DNA of 37,484 nt, taken from NCBI GenBank assembly GCA_963582255.1, contig CAUZRD010000001.1, forward strand, positions 1-37,484. The letters are read 5' to 3'. A program made the translations under genes and the position numbers. The notes under the pieces are model-generated. The model searched no databases. It saw only the letters and a program-made list of their open reading frames with translations, and was not told where the DNA came from. Source of the stretch: Alphaproteobacteria bacterium (GTDB taxonomy: Bacteria; Pseudomonadota; Alphaproteobacteria; Rhizobiales; TMED25). Positions 28,516 to 37,247 of the stretch are shown one piece after another (the stretch's first letter is position 1; each line of letters begins with the position of its first letter).

Positions 28516-29670
28516 TCACGATCCGAGTTTAAGTTTGCGCGCCAATGTATCCAACCGGCTAAATTGTTCGGCACGACCCACAAAAATATCGCGTGCGCTT
28601 TTATAGACTGCATGCGCATCATCCCGACGGCCAAGCACCACATAAGCCCGCATAAGCCTCAGCCAACCTTCCAGATCATCAGGGTTTTCTTTCAAACGCT
28701 CCGCAAGTCCAAAAACCATGGCATTTATCATTGTGCGGCGATTCTCCAAGCTCATCTGTCCAGCCGCAGCAATATCTTCGACCGTCGGTCTAATCTGCTG
28801 AGTCCCGCTAGAGAACGTTTGACCCAGGGCTTCATCGCCGCCGTTCAAATCGTTAATTTGCCGACGTACTTCGTCTACCCAGCCTACCCCTTCAGGTGAA
28901 AGTTTTAGTATTTTCTCCCAAATTTTACGCGCACGTTCACGATCACCCTCCTGAACAGCCGCTAATCCCAGGTAGTAGAGCGGGGTTAAATCCGTTGAAT
29001 CGAGTTCAACAGCACGCTCAAAGGAACGCCGTGCGATAGCATCAACCATGCCGTTAACCATCAACATACGTGCCTCACCAAGAGATGAAAGGCGCCTCGC
29101 CGTTTCTCCTCCGAGTTGAATAGAGCGGTCGAAGGCGTTGACGGCATCGCCAAACCGGCGCAGGCGCATATAAGCCGGACCAATCATCTCCCAGCCCTTC
29201 ATATCGGTCGGATTTTTCTGCAAATGACGTTCGATTCGCTCGACAAGACTGGCTAAATCCTGATTTTCTACAACTTCAATTTGGCGTGAAGCAAAAGGCT
29301 GCTGCGGGAGGTTTGGCGCGCCTGATTGCAAATATCCACCGAGAGCAATAGCTGGAACTGCTAAAATGATAGAAATGCTCACGGCCGTTCTTTTCCCAGG
29401 ATGAACATCACCATGAATGCAGGTATTTTTATCGTCGGCAACTAATATCCGACGCAAAATTTCGGTACGAGCATATTCAGCATCATTTTCTGAAATGAGA
29501 CTGCGCGCCAAGTCACGGTCAATCTCGTCTAGCTGATCGCGGTAGACCACCAAGTCGTGCGCATCATCTAACCCCAGCGGAGCTTGCAAGGCTGATTTTA
29601 CAGTCAACGGATAAAGAACCGCAACCACCGCCAGCGATGCTAATAGGGCAAAAATAATCCATAACAACAT
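28516..29670 (-). CDS. ccmI: c-type cytochrome biogenesis protein CcmI (CycH), TM + TPR repeats
   Basis: N-terminal helix MLLWIIFALLASLAVVAVLYPL, a second TM, then TPR-like repeats. First gene of a ccmI-E-F-H (cycHJKL-order) cluster. I prefer ATG 29670; GTG 29676 is the alternative. Confidence 0.86.
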   Translation of the reverse strand: MLLWIIFALLASLAVVAVLYPLTVKSALQAPLGLDDAHDLVVYRDQLDEIDRDLARSLISENDAEYARTEILRRILVADDKNTCIHGDVHPGKRTAVSISIILAVPAIALGGYLQSGAPNLPQQPFASRQIEVVENQDLASLVERIERHLQKNPTDMKGWEMIGPAYMRLRRFGDAVNAFDRSIQLGGETARRLSSLGEARMLMVNGMVDAIARRSFERAVELDSTDLTPLYYLGLAAVQEGDRERARKIWEKILKLSPEGVGWVDEVRRQINDLNGGDEALGQTFSSGTQQIRPTVEDIAAAGQMSLENRRTMINAMVFGLAERLKENPDDLEGWLRLMRAYVVLGRRDDAHAVYKSARDIFVGRAEQFSRLDTLARKLKLGS

Positions 29671-30438
29671 GTGCACTCGCTTTTGCTCGGGTTGGGTTAC
29701 CAGAACCCACCAGCAATTTGACGCTCCTCCGCGACAACGTCAAAGTCAGAATATATTACGTGCCCACTAGCGGACACTCCAAAAGATCTATCGTATAAGA
29801 GATCAGATGATCTCTGTTCCACGTCTAGGCACCTGTCGGTATTTTCTTTCATGAGTAATGAGTGGAATGAAGTACTGTTCGATTTCTTTGCTAGTCCAAA
29901 AACCACTCACCCATCATCAAATAAAACTGCACTTATCAGAGGATATAGCTAAAAGCGACTTATGATGTAATGGTCATCGGCGCAAGTGGAACCCGACTTT
30001 AACTGTCTCTAATATGACCGCACGTGGCGCCATCAATTATACCACTGTCATCCAGGCGGACAGGTCAGATGGAAAATGTCGACGCACCTTCCCTCAAACT
30101 CCCTTTCTGGCCAGAATTGCCATGAAATAATTGTACCGCATAAATACTCGCGCGAATCGACGGCGGCATATAATGAATTATAAATTCATAACATGCACGA
30201 ACAGCACCCTTACCTACACTTGCCACCGAAATAAATATAAACGAACGTTCGGTAATAATATATTGTTCACTAGAAAACGACCGAGCATCAATAAATTTCT
30301 CGTCAATCACGAGATAATAGAAGTACAGATTTGCAAATCTACCTTTGTTTGTGATGATTTAAACGCTAGCGGGTAGCTTCGCTCCCTCGCCAATCAGAGC
30401 AGCAGACATGCAAGTGCACCGCTTTTCAGTAACGCCCC

Positions 30439-31845
30439 TCAGACACATTTTTCTCGCGTATGAGCCGGTAAGACCAATTTCGCGCTAAGGCCCCCAAGCT
30501 CTGCTCGGTTAAGTACAAAAGAGCCACGATAAATCGCCGCTATATCGGCAACAATCGAGAGTCCAAGACCAGAACCAGGCTTTGACTCGTCGAGCCTACT
30601 GCCGCGTTTCATCACCTCGGCGCATTGTTCTTCGGTAATACCGGGACCATTATCCTCGATCTCAATTGATACCATTTGCTTTCCTTGCGAGATTTTCGCA
30701 TCATCTAAGACCACTGACAGTTTGATTTTACCATTGGTCCATTTGAAGGCATTATCCAATAAATTCCCGACCATTTCCTCCAGATCCTGCTTCTCGCCGA
30801 TAAATCTTATATCACTCCGACATTCAACTTTGACCTCGATCATGCGATGTCCATGAATCTTCTCCAATGTTCGAACTATCCCAGCAATTACAGGCTCAAC
30901 TTCAGTGCTCACACCGATGATGTTAGCACTGGCCGCAACGCGAGCTCGCTCAAGGTAATGATCAATATGGCGGCGCATCAGCAACAGCTGTTCCTCAAGC
31001 TTATCTTTCAGAGTTCCTTTCGTGGCCTGCACCTCATTGGACAGAACGCTGAGCGGTGTTTTCAGAGCATGCGCTAAATTACCAACATGTGTTCTTGCCC
31101 GCTCTATAACCTCCTCATTGGCATCGAGTAGAGCGTTGACTTCATTAGATAGTGGCGCAATTTCGCTTGGATATTTTCCCGTAATGCGACGTTCTGTTCC
31201 AACACGAATTTCCTGTAATGCATCACGCAATTCACGCACAGGGCGCAAGCCATAACGAACCTGCAAAAACGCGGCGAAAACTAACCCTAGCCCTAAAATA
31301 GATAGCGCAAGAATCAGCGTTGAATTGAACGAGCGCTCTGCCTCAGCGATGTTGTTTGCATTACCCGCGACCGTGAATATCAGTAGTTCTTCGTTCGACT
31401 GGAATTTTATAGGTCGGCGAATAGCCCTCAATTCCTCTCCTCCCGGCCCAATAATATAAAACGCTGCCGGCACTTCTTGATATATTGCATCAGAGGGCAT
31501 CAGTGCCGGCATCACCGAGAAATCAAGCATCTGGTCCAGAAGCGATGGTGAGGAAATTGAACCTACGGTGCTGGAGGCCGTCGGGTCGATCTGCCAATAC
31601 CAACCGGACAGAGGAAACGAGAAACGCGGTTCGGGAAGTGCTCGGTTGACATGCAAAGAACCATCATCAGCAAAAGAAATTTCTGCAATTAGGCCTTTAA
31701 CAAAAACTTCAAGGCGCTCGTCGAAAGCACGCTCCACCGCGTCACGATAGAGTGAAGAGAGAATGAGACCGGTGGCAACAATCACCACCACGCTCCACGC
31801 GCCAGCCGATATGAGTAGCCGCGTTGTGAGGGAGCTAGGGCGCAT
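30439..31845 (-). CDS. sensor histidine kinase (two TM, HAMP, HisKA, HATPase_c), partner of the upstream OmpR-type regulator
   Basis: H-box NLAHALKTPLSVL, N-box NLLDNAFKWT, DNGPGI, GSGLGLSIV. ATG 31845 (MRPSSLTTRLL...) overlaps the regulator stop by 11 nt. GTG 31878 is the longer alternative. Confidence 0.9.
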   Translation of the reverse strand: MRPSSLTTRLLISAGAWSVVVIVATGLILSSLYRDAVERAFDERLEVFVKGLIAEISFADDGSLHVNRALPEPRFSFPLSGWYWQIDPTASSTVGSISSPSLLDQMLDFSVMPALMPSDAIYQEVPAAFYIIGPGGEELRAIRRPIKFQSNEELLIFTVAGNANNIAEAERSFNSTLILALSILGLGLVFAAFLQVRYGLRPVRELRDALQEIRVGTERRITGKYPSEIAPLSNEVNALLDANEEVIERARTHVGNLAHALKTPLSVLSNEVQATKGTLKDKLEEQLLLMRRHIDHYLERARVAASANIIGVSTEVEPVIAGIVRTLEKIHGHRMIEVKVECRSDIRFIGEKQDLEEMVGNLLDNAFKWTNGKIKLSVVLDDAKISQGKQMVSIEIEDNGPGITEEQCAEVMKRGSRLDESKPGSGLGLSIVADIAAIYRGSFVLNRAELGGLSAKLVLPAHTREKCV

Positions 31846-32506
31846 CCTGCGGCGCCTCAAGGCAATAGCCAAGCCCACGGACTGTGTTGATCAGCTCAAT
31901 GCCCATCTTCTTGCGAATACGCCCAACAAAAACCTCAATGGTATTAGAATCTCGATCAAAATCCTGATCGTATAGATGTTCAACAAGTTCGGTACGCGAG
32001 ACCACCCGGCCTTGATGATGGCACAGATAAGCAAGGAGGCGGTATTCGAGGGACGTTAGCTTCACCACTCGACCATCAATCGAAACTTTTGCGGCCCTAG
32101 TATCAAGCCTCAATGGCCCACATTCAATCTCCGGTGAGGCATGGCCAGCTGCGCGGCGTAGTAGTGCGCGAACCCGTGCCAGAACTTCTTCCATATAAAA
32201 TGGCTTTGATACATAATCATCCGCCCCAGCATCAAAACCTGCAACCTTATCGCTCCAGCGATCCCGTGCGGTAAGAATCAAAACCGGCATGGCACGATTA
32301 TCGCGACGCCAACGCTCAAGCACGGTCACACCATCAATCTGGGGTAAGCCCAAATCGAGAATCACAGCATCATAAGGTTCCGTGTCACCGAGAAAGTGCC
32401 CTTCCTCACCATCGAACGCGACGTCAACTGCGTAACCGGCTTCCACAAGAGCATTTTTCAGCTGGCGATTGAGATCAGTATCATCTTCTACAACGAGAAG
32501 TCGCAT
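31835..32506 (-). CDS. OmpR/PhoB-family response regulator
   Basis: MRLLVVEDDTDL...VILDLGLP...DDYVSKPFYM receiver domain plus a winged-helix domain (LEYRLLAYLCHHQGRVVSR). ATG 32506 is preceded by GGAGG 5 nt upstream. Confidence 0.94.
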   Translation of the reverse strand: MRLLVVEDDTDLNRQLKNALVEAGYAVDVAFDGEEGHFLGDTEPYDAVILDLGLPQIDGVTVLERWRRDNRAMPVLILTARDRWSDKVAGFDAGADDYVSKPFYMEEVLARVRALLRRAAGHASPEIECGPLRLDTRAAKVSIDGRVVKLTSLEYRLLAYLCHHQGRVVSRTELVEHLYDQDFDRDSNTIEVFVGRIRKKMGIELINTVRGLGYCLEAPQDAP

Positions 32507-32545
32507 GATTGCCTCCAAATCTATTTTTACAAAGGCTCACAAGGG

Positions 32546-32884
32546 TTAGCGGCAATTGCCATTAGAATCGATGCGCACCACCATCACCTGATCGGCAACA
32601 AGTACGCGCACATCATAACCTAAATTGTTCCGATCTACCCGCAACACTGTACCGCCGGGCGTACATTTACGAGCAGCAGAGGCGGCCTGCCAGTTGGATC
32701 CTGGCTGAACCGATGGTGGCGCGAAAAAACGTGGCGTTGAGCCATAAGACAGCTGGGAAAAGCGCGCAAACGGGGAGACGTCAGAATGGAGAGTATTGGT
32801 GTCCTCGAGTTGTGCGGCGTGAACAGATAACACACCCAGCCACCCAGCTAGAAAAAACGCAACAATTGATAAAGCCTGCAGCAC
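32546..32884 (-). CDS. small secreted PepSY-like protein, first gene of the regulator-kinase operon
   Basis: 112 aa with a signal-peptide-like N-terminus (LSIVAFFLAGWLGVLSVHAA). The C-terminus GGTVLRVDRNNLGYDVRVLVADQVMVVRIDSNG resembles a PepSY fold. GTG start, 39 nt upstream of the regulator gene. Confidence 0.65.
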   Translation of the reverse strand: MLQALSIVAFFLAGWLGVLSVHAAQLEDTNTLHSDVSPFARFSQLSYGSTPRFFAPPSVQPGSNWQAASAARKCTPGGTVLRVDRNNLGYDVRVLVADQVMVVRIDSNGNCR

Positions 32885-33077
32885 GTTTCATACCCCATTC
32901 AATATGATCTAGCATCGATAGCGAGAGTGACGTGAATAGGCGATGAATGTTAACTCTTGAGATTAAGTGTTGGTCCAAGATTTTGCACTCAAGTCCTACC
33001 CTAGCTGTCATTCTTCCATGTATTTTACAAATGAAAGCAACTCAAGTTCGCGCGGCCAAAGGATAACCACAACGAAA

Positions 33078-33587
33078 TTACTTTAAAATCTTAGTTTTTT
33101 TATCGTCACCTTGATCCCACTTTACAACGTGGTTGATCAGATCATCCTGATCTACATATTGCTCACTCACCACCCTACCGCGAGCTGAAATTCCAGCTTT
33201 ATGCACGGACTTCGGATCATTGGAAACCAGCGGATGCCAGTGATAAAGATCACGTCCCTCGGAAATTAGCCGGTAGGCACAGGTGCCGGGCATCCATTCC
33301 AACTCGCTAATTGACGAAGCGGTAAAACTGATACAATCCGGGACCAATCGGTGACGATTCTCATACGACGTGCACCTACATGTGTCGCAATCAAACAAAC
33401 GGCAGGCAACATTGGTAAAGGCAAGATCACCGGTATCTATATCTTCTAGTTTGACCAAACAGCAGAGCCCACAGCCATCGCAAAGGGATTCCCATTCCTC
33501 GGTGTTCATTTGCGCCAAAGTCTTGGTACGCCAGAAAGGAATATCGTCATTATTATCATCGTTCATGAGAATATACTCTTGCGACAT
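33078..33587 (-). CDS. ycgN: YcgN-family cysteine-cluster protein (UPF0260)
   Basis: FWRTKTLAQMNTEEWESLCDGCGLCCLVKLED closely follows the YcgN N-terminal signature. The start is uncertain: ATG 33587, ATG 33566, or the track's TTG 33593. Confidence 0.88.
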   Translation of the reverse strand: MSQEYILMNDDNNDDIPFWRTKTLAQMNTEEWESLCDGCGLCCLVKLEDIDTGDLAFTNVACRLFDCDTCRCTSYENRHRLVPDCISFTASSISELEWMPGTCAYRLISEGRDLYHWHPLVSNDPKSVHKAGISARGRVVSEQYVDQDDLINHVVKWDQGDDKKTKILK

Positions 33588-33621
33588 AACCAAACAGCCA
33601 TAATCAATAGTGACCTAATTA

Positions 33622-33963
33622 TTAGTCATCCTCCAGACTGTCTTGTAAAAAATTCCGTCCTTCACGGTCTTCAATTTCAACTATCCATATATCGGGGTCG
33701 ATAAAAATCTGCCGGTCTGAATAGGCATCTATCTTGGCCTCACTTCCCTCAACCGCAGAGATATGCGTGCGCCACAGGCGATCATTCAGATCAAGATCTA
33801 TACCTTGAGTAGGAATATACAAGCTAGTGCCCGATTTACTGGAAACGCGGATCAGGATGGCACCAGCATCTGGATCTCCACGGCGCAGGACATAGCCAAA
33901 TGCACCCTTGGATTGGATCTGGCGAAGGTAGGCCTGCACCCAAATATCGGAACGCAATCGCAT
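33622..33963 (-). CDS. DUF1491 family protein
   Basis: 113 aa. The N-terminus MRLRSDIWVQAYLRQ...GAFGYVLRRGDPDAGAILIRV matches my memory of the alphaproteobacterial DUF1491 family. Confidence 0.8.
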   Translation of the reverse strand: MRLRSDIWVQAYLRQIQSKGAFGYVLRRGDPDAGAILIRVSSKSGTSLYIPTQGIDLDLNDRLWRTHISAVEGSEAKIDAYSDRQIFIDPDIWIVEIEDREGRNFLQDSLEDD

Positions 33964-34056
33964 TTGGTTAACTTCTCCGGCAACATTACCATCAAGGCAT
34001 CGTCACCAATACAGAGCTGGGCCGGCCAGGGCACTTAATATTGAGGAAAATACTAC

Positions 34057-34586
34057 CTAGAATGGATCTCCGATGATACCTGTTCCCAACTCTTGGACTA
34101 GTTTAGGTGACAGCTCGCCAGTTCCGTACATTCCAAGATCTTCTTCAAAGCTTGTGATCGCTTCGCGGAATTTAAGAGTAACCGTACCATTGGTTACACT
34201 AGGCAGGTATCCCAATTAGAACAATCGACGTTGCATACAGATCACAAATTCTTGTTTATCCTTCTGCGCACGCGGGCGCCACCGCATCAACCTACCCACC
34301 TGTCAAGATAATGTGTTTTAGCAAATTGGCGATCGGCTCTCCGATCACATCCAAACCGGCATTGTATTCATAGTCACGTATCTCCTAGAAGATTTAAACG
34401 TAAAGAACACACCGGCCAGGACCACATCATACCCCGCAAAGCGAGTGCTTCCTGGGCCATCTGAATTAACTTTCGTTGCTCATCATGCAGATTATTCTCA
34501 AGCAGAGGGGGCGGAAAATGGGAGAGTGCTAACTCAGCCGTACACCCATATTCCAACGACGCGACAACACCCAACCCATCGCGCAA
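34057..34586 (-). pseudogene. candidate decayed gene (protein-like ORF fragments in three minus-strand frames, interrupted by stops)
   Basis: Minus-strand fragments:
- ...LEYGCTAELALSHFPPPLLENNLHDEQRKLIQMAQEALALRG...
- RDYEYNAGLDVIGEPIANLLKHIILTGG*
- ...KDKQEFVICMQRRLF*LGYLPSVTNGTVTLKFREAITSFEEDLGMYGTGELSPKLVQELGTGIIGDPF*, with an in-frame TAA at 34216-34218.
G+C looks normal. I do not recognise the family. Confidence 0.25.
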
Positions 34587-34722
34587 AACTGGTCCGACCT
34601 CAAGCGTAGACTCATTTTTAGATTAGCACGTCAAAACGGCAACTGCGGTAAACCCAACCGAAATAACAGTAATGCTACTGACTAACTCTGCAAACCTCAA
34701 AACCATATACGACTCTTTCGTA

Positions 34723-34731
34723 CCCCCCCCC
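34723..34731. repeat. C9 (G9 on minus strand) homopolymeric tract
   Basis: Direct reading gives ta-ccccccccc-agaaaacc. This is the longest G/C homopolymer I saw in the window. Confidence 0.9.
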
Positions 34732-34987
34732 AGAAAACCAGCACTGACGATCACTGCGAAGCCTATTGTAATTTAAGGTCAAATCATGATGCGATTTTGT
34801 TTATTCGTCGAGAATAACGCCAGCTAACCTCGTAATGATCTCAATGAGATCTATCATCCTTCACCATAAATATCGTAATTAATTAAAATTTTCATCAAAT
34901 TCGTGATAAATCGACCAATGACATTTGAGCTTATCTCCAGATTCAAGTGCCATAATCAATAATCCTAATACTAATAAGGGTAATGCG

Positions 34988-35389
34988 ATGTTCCTCCTGC
35001 GCATAATATTTTGTCTTGTGGTCGTGATTATGCTGATACCAACCGGCCATCAACGCGAAAATAATCTTGCGTCTGACGAAAATAAAGATCTGTCTGTCAA
35101 TGGCGCTATCGGCGCCGCTACGGCAACGGTTTCTGACATGGCAGGATTTTGCGATCGTAATCAGCAGACCTGTAAAATTGGATCGGCCGCGTTTGAGTTG
35201 TTCCTTGCCAAAGCAGAAAACGGCGCGCGGCTGGCCTTGGAAGCTTTTTCGGGATCAGAAGATCCTTCGCCAGAAAATAATAACAGATCCCACGAAATAC
35301 ATTTAGATCGCAATACCCCAAACGTGGGAACTTTGCGTGAAAGCGACCTCAAACCAACTTGGCGCGGCCCAGGAACGGGGAGAATCTAA
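34988..35389 (+). CDS. DUF5330 family protein (small secreted/anchored)
   Basis: MFLLRIIFCLVVVIMLIP hydrophobic N-terminus and the conserved ...DMAGFCDRNQQTCKIGSAAFELFLAKAENGARLALE core. I use ATG 34988; the track's TTG 34925 adds a poorly fitting extension. Confidence 0.78.
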   Translation: MFLLRIIFCLVVVIMLIPTGHQRENNLASDENKDLSVNGAIGAATATVSDMAGFCDRNQQTCKIGSAAFELFLAKAENGARLALEAFSGSEDPSPENNNRSHEIHLDRNTPNVGTLRESDLKPTWRGPGTGRI

Positions 35390-35540
35390 CCCATCCAGCT
35401 GGTCACACAATAAGGCGTCAACTCATTAAACTGACTCATTATGTTCCTAATCAAAAACAAAAAACCAAATCTAATCTTGTTTCAATCTCCGGCTCGGACT
35501 AAGTCACTTGTGGTAATATTTTTTTTGATAGCACGAGCGC

Positions 35541-35987
35541 ATGCTAACGTTTCAACAACTCATCGATGATTTTGCTTTCCTGGATAACTGGGAGGATCGC
35601 TATCGTTACGTCATAGAACTTGGCCAATCTCTACCTGAACTTAACGAAGCCCTAAAAACGGACCGAAACAAGATTCGAGGCTGCGCAAGCCAAGTCTGGC
35701 TAGTCAGCCGATGTGAGGATGATGCGCAGACCAACCGCTCACAAATGCTATTTGAGGGCGATAGCGATGCTCACATCGTCCGCGGCCTGATCTCAATATT
35801 ATTTTCGATCTACAATCACAGAAGCGCCGAGGAAATTGTCGCCATTAATAGTACTAAAATTTTAGCCGGCATTGGCCTTGACGGACACTTAAGCCCACAG
35901 CGATCTAATGGACTTGCCGCCATGGTGTCGCGAATTCACTCAGATGCGCAATTACATCTTCATCCAAACAATTCCGGATTGGCATAA
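35541..35987 (+). CDS. sufE: SufE-family cysteine desulfuration (sulfur acceptor) protein
   Basis: 148 aa with N-terminal F..L.DWEDRYRYVIELG and the active-site cysteine context IRGCASQVWLV. Confidence 0.9.
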   Translation: MLTFQQLIDDFAFLDNWEDRYRYVIELGQSLPELNEALKTDRNKIRGCASQVWLVSRCEDDAQTNRSQMLFEGDSDAHIVRGLISILFSIYNHRSAEEIVAINSTKILAGIGLDGHLSPQRSNGLAAMVSRIHSDAQLHLHPNNSGLA

Positions 35988-36126
35988 ATCAACCGCGTCA
36001 AGCTTGATGCTCAACCTCGCCGACCACCGGCTTATAGCTCTCACAAGCTCTGTGATAACAGCAACTGCAAGACAGATATCTTGATCCAGGATTCAACACT
36101 AGGATATTGATCCGTGTAATTAGATT

Positions 36127-36696
36127 TCAAACAGCAGCCGCTTCGAGTTCTACCTCTTTGACCTCATCCATGCCAGTCAGTCGCGCCACCTTAGAGACCG
36201 GGACAAACGCGTCATGAGATAAAATCATCGAAACGGTCTTACCGTCGACAGAAAGAGGCAAGCGAATCCAAAATTGAACCAAGTGATCCTTGTTTGCGAC
36301 CGGAGAGCGTACAATCCCCTGGGCTGGACGACCTTGTGAGGTCACCCGCTGATATGCAGCTTTCCAATAGCGCTCTTTGTCCCCCCAACAAACGTCGTCG
36401 ACATAAAACCCAGTGATATCACAACCATAGAAATCATAAAGCTGCGTGCCCGCCAACCTTACACGATAGCGGGTTGGTTGAGCTTCAACATCAATCAAAC
36501 TAATGTGTGGAAGCAAACGAGGAATATGCTGAGGATGAATATCTATTCGTCCTGGCATCTGCCTCCCGTGAGCACAATTTAGCCAGTAATCGTAAAGTTC
36601 TAGCTGTTCCGGAATCACTAGTTGTGTTCGGAAAGCCAAGTCTACCCCCGGCATGCCTAAATTTCCCGCCAAATCCGATATTGATTCGACTATCAT
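36127..36696 (-). CDS. stand-alone PAS-like domain protein (DUF1457 type)
   Basis: LELYDYWLNCAHGRQMPGRIDIHPQHIPRLLPHISLIDVE...YRVRLAGTQLYDFYG is typical of the small PAS_5/DUF1457 proteins common in Rhizobiales. The start is uncertain (TTG 36720, ATG 36696, ATG 36654). Confidence 0.78.
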   Translation of the reverse strand: MIVESISDLAGNLGMPGVDLAFRTQLVIPEQLELYDYWLNCAHGRQMPGRIDIHPQHIPRLLPHISLIDVEAQPTRYRVRLAGTQLYDFYGCDITGFYVDDVCWGDKERYWKAAYQRVTSQGRPAQGIVRSPVANKDHLVQFWIRLPLSVDGKTVSMILSHDAFVPVSKVARLTGMDEVKEVELEAAAV

Positions 36697-36830
36697 GAAT
36701 CGAGGAAACCCTGCATGCAAGAGTCTTCATTGCAACACTCAGAAGCTCAAAACCAAATTACCTATGAAAGATTTTTCGAGTTTTTCTTCTGCAAAAGAGC
36801 GCATGGTCTCCTTGGCACCAAAATCACTGC

Positions 36831-37247
36831 TCAACTCGCCATACCTCCTTTTTGCCCAAGTCCCATTTTCTTGGCAAGATCAGATCGAGCGAGCGCATAG
36901 TTGGGCGCAACCATCGGGTAGTCACTTGGCAATGACCATTTGTCGCGATATTGCTCGGGAGACAAATCATAGTGGGTCCGCAAATGGCGCTTCAGCGATT
37001 TAAACTTTTGCCCATCTTCCAGACAAATTAGATAATCTGGAGTAATCGACCGGCGAACCGAAACAGCCGGCCTCAATGGCTCAGATGAGGCATCACTTGG
37101 TTCATTCACAACTTTTTCCAAAGCCCCGTACACCTCACGAATGAGATGGGGCAGCTCACTCGGCGATACCGTATTTTTGCTGACATAGGCAACAACGATA
37201 TCTGCAGCTAGATCAATCAAACCCTCACTTGCATTGTTCTCGATCAT
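36831..37247 (-). CDS. mucR: MucR/Ros family zinc-finger transcriptional regulator
   Basis: C-terminal CLEDGQKFKSLKRHLRTHYDLSPEQYRDKWSLPSDYPMVAPNYA is the Ros/MucR zinc-finger signature. ATG 37247 gives 138 aa, the usual size. The track ORF start (37337) is an upstream extension. Confidence 0.92.
   Translation of the reverse strand: MIENNASEGLIDLAADIVVAYVSKNTVSPSELPHLIREVYGALEKVVNEPSDASSEPLRPAVSVRRSITPDYLICLEDGQKFKSLKRHLRTHYDLSPEQYRDKWSLPSDYPMVAPNYALARSDLAKKMGLGQKGGMAS

Noticed and set aside
28416-28899. ORFs 28416-28643 (-) and 28477-28899 (+), overlapping the 3' part of ccmI.
   Set aside because: They are out-of-frame or antisense to the TPR region of ccmI, have no motifs, and show odd composition. 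The ccmI-ccmE spacer (28396-28515) is otherwise just a 120 bp intergenic gap.
30058-30112. CAGGTCAG... string and the CCTTCCCTC / CTCCCTTTC motifs, which briefly suggested an SRP (4.5S) RNA or an anti-SD-type sRNA.
   Set aside because: The invariant SRP core (GGTCCGGAAGGAAGCAGCC-like) is absent. I could not fold a convincing stem-loop plus terminator around the C/U-rich motifs.
32781-33011. ORF 32781-33011 (-), containing MKRAAG..., which overlaps the start of the PepSY-like gene. It hinted at a frameshifted signal peptide (MKR + hydrophobic core).
   Set aside because: The GTG at 32884 has a G-rich element at sensible spacing and gives a complete signal-like N-terminus without invoking a frameshift. 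The alternative frame quickly becomes Cys/Arg-rich nonsense.
32987-33047. 8-bp direct repeat ACTCAAGT (32987-32994 and 33040-33047), plus an inverted CTCAAG copy upstream of the PepSY-regulator-kinase operon, as a possible response-regulator site.
   Set aside because: The spacing (~53 bp) does not fit OmpR-type tandem half-sites. A single 8-mer repeat within a ~200 bp spacer is not far from chance expectation.
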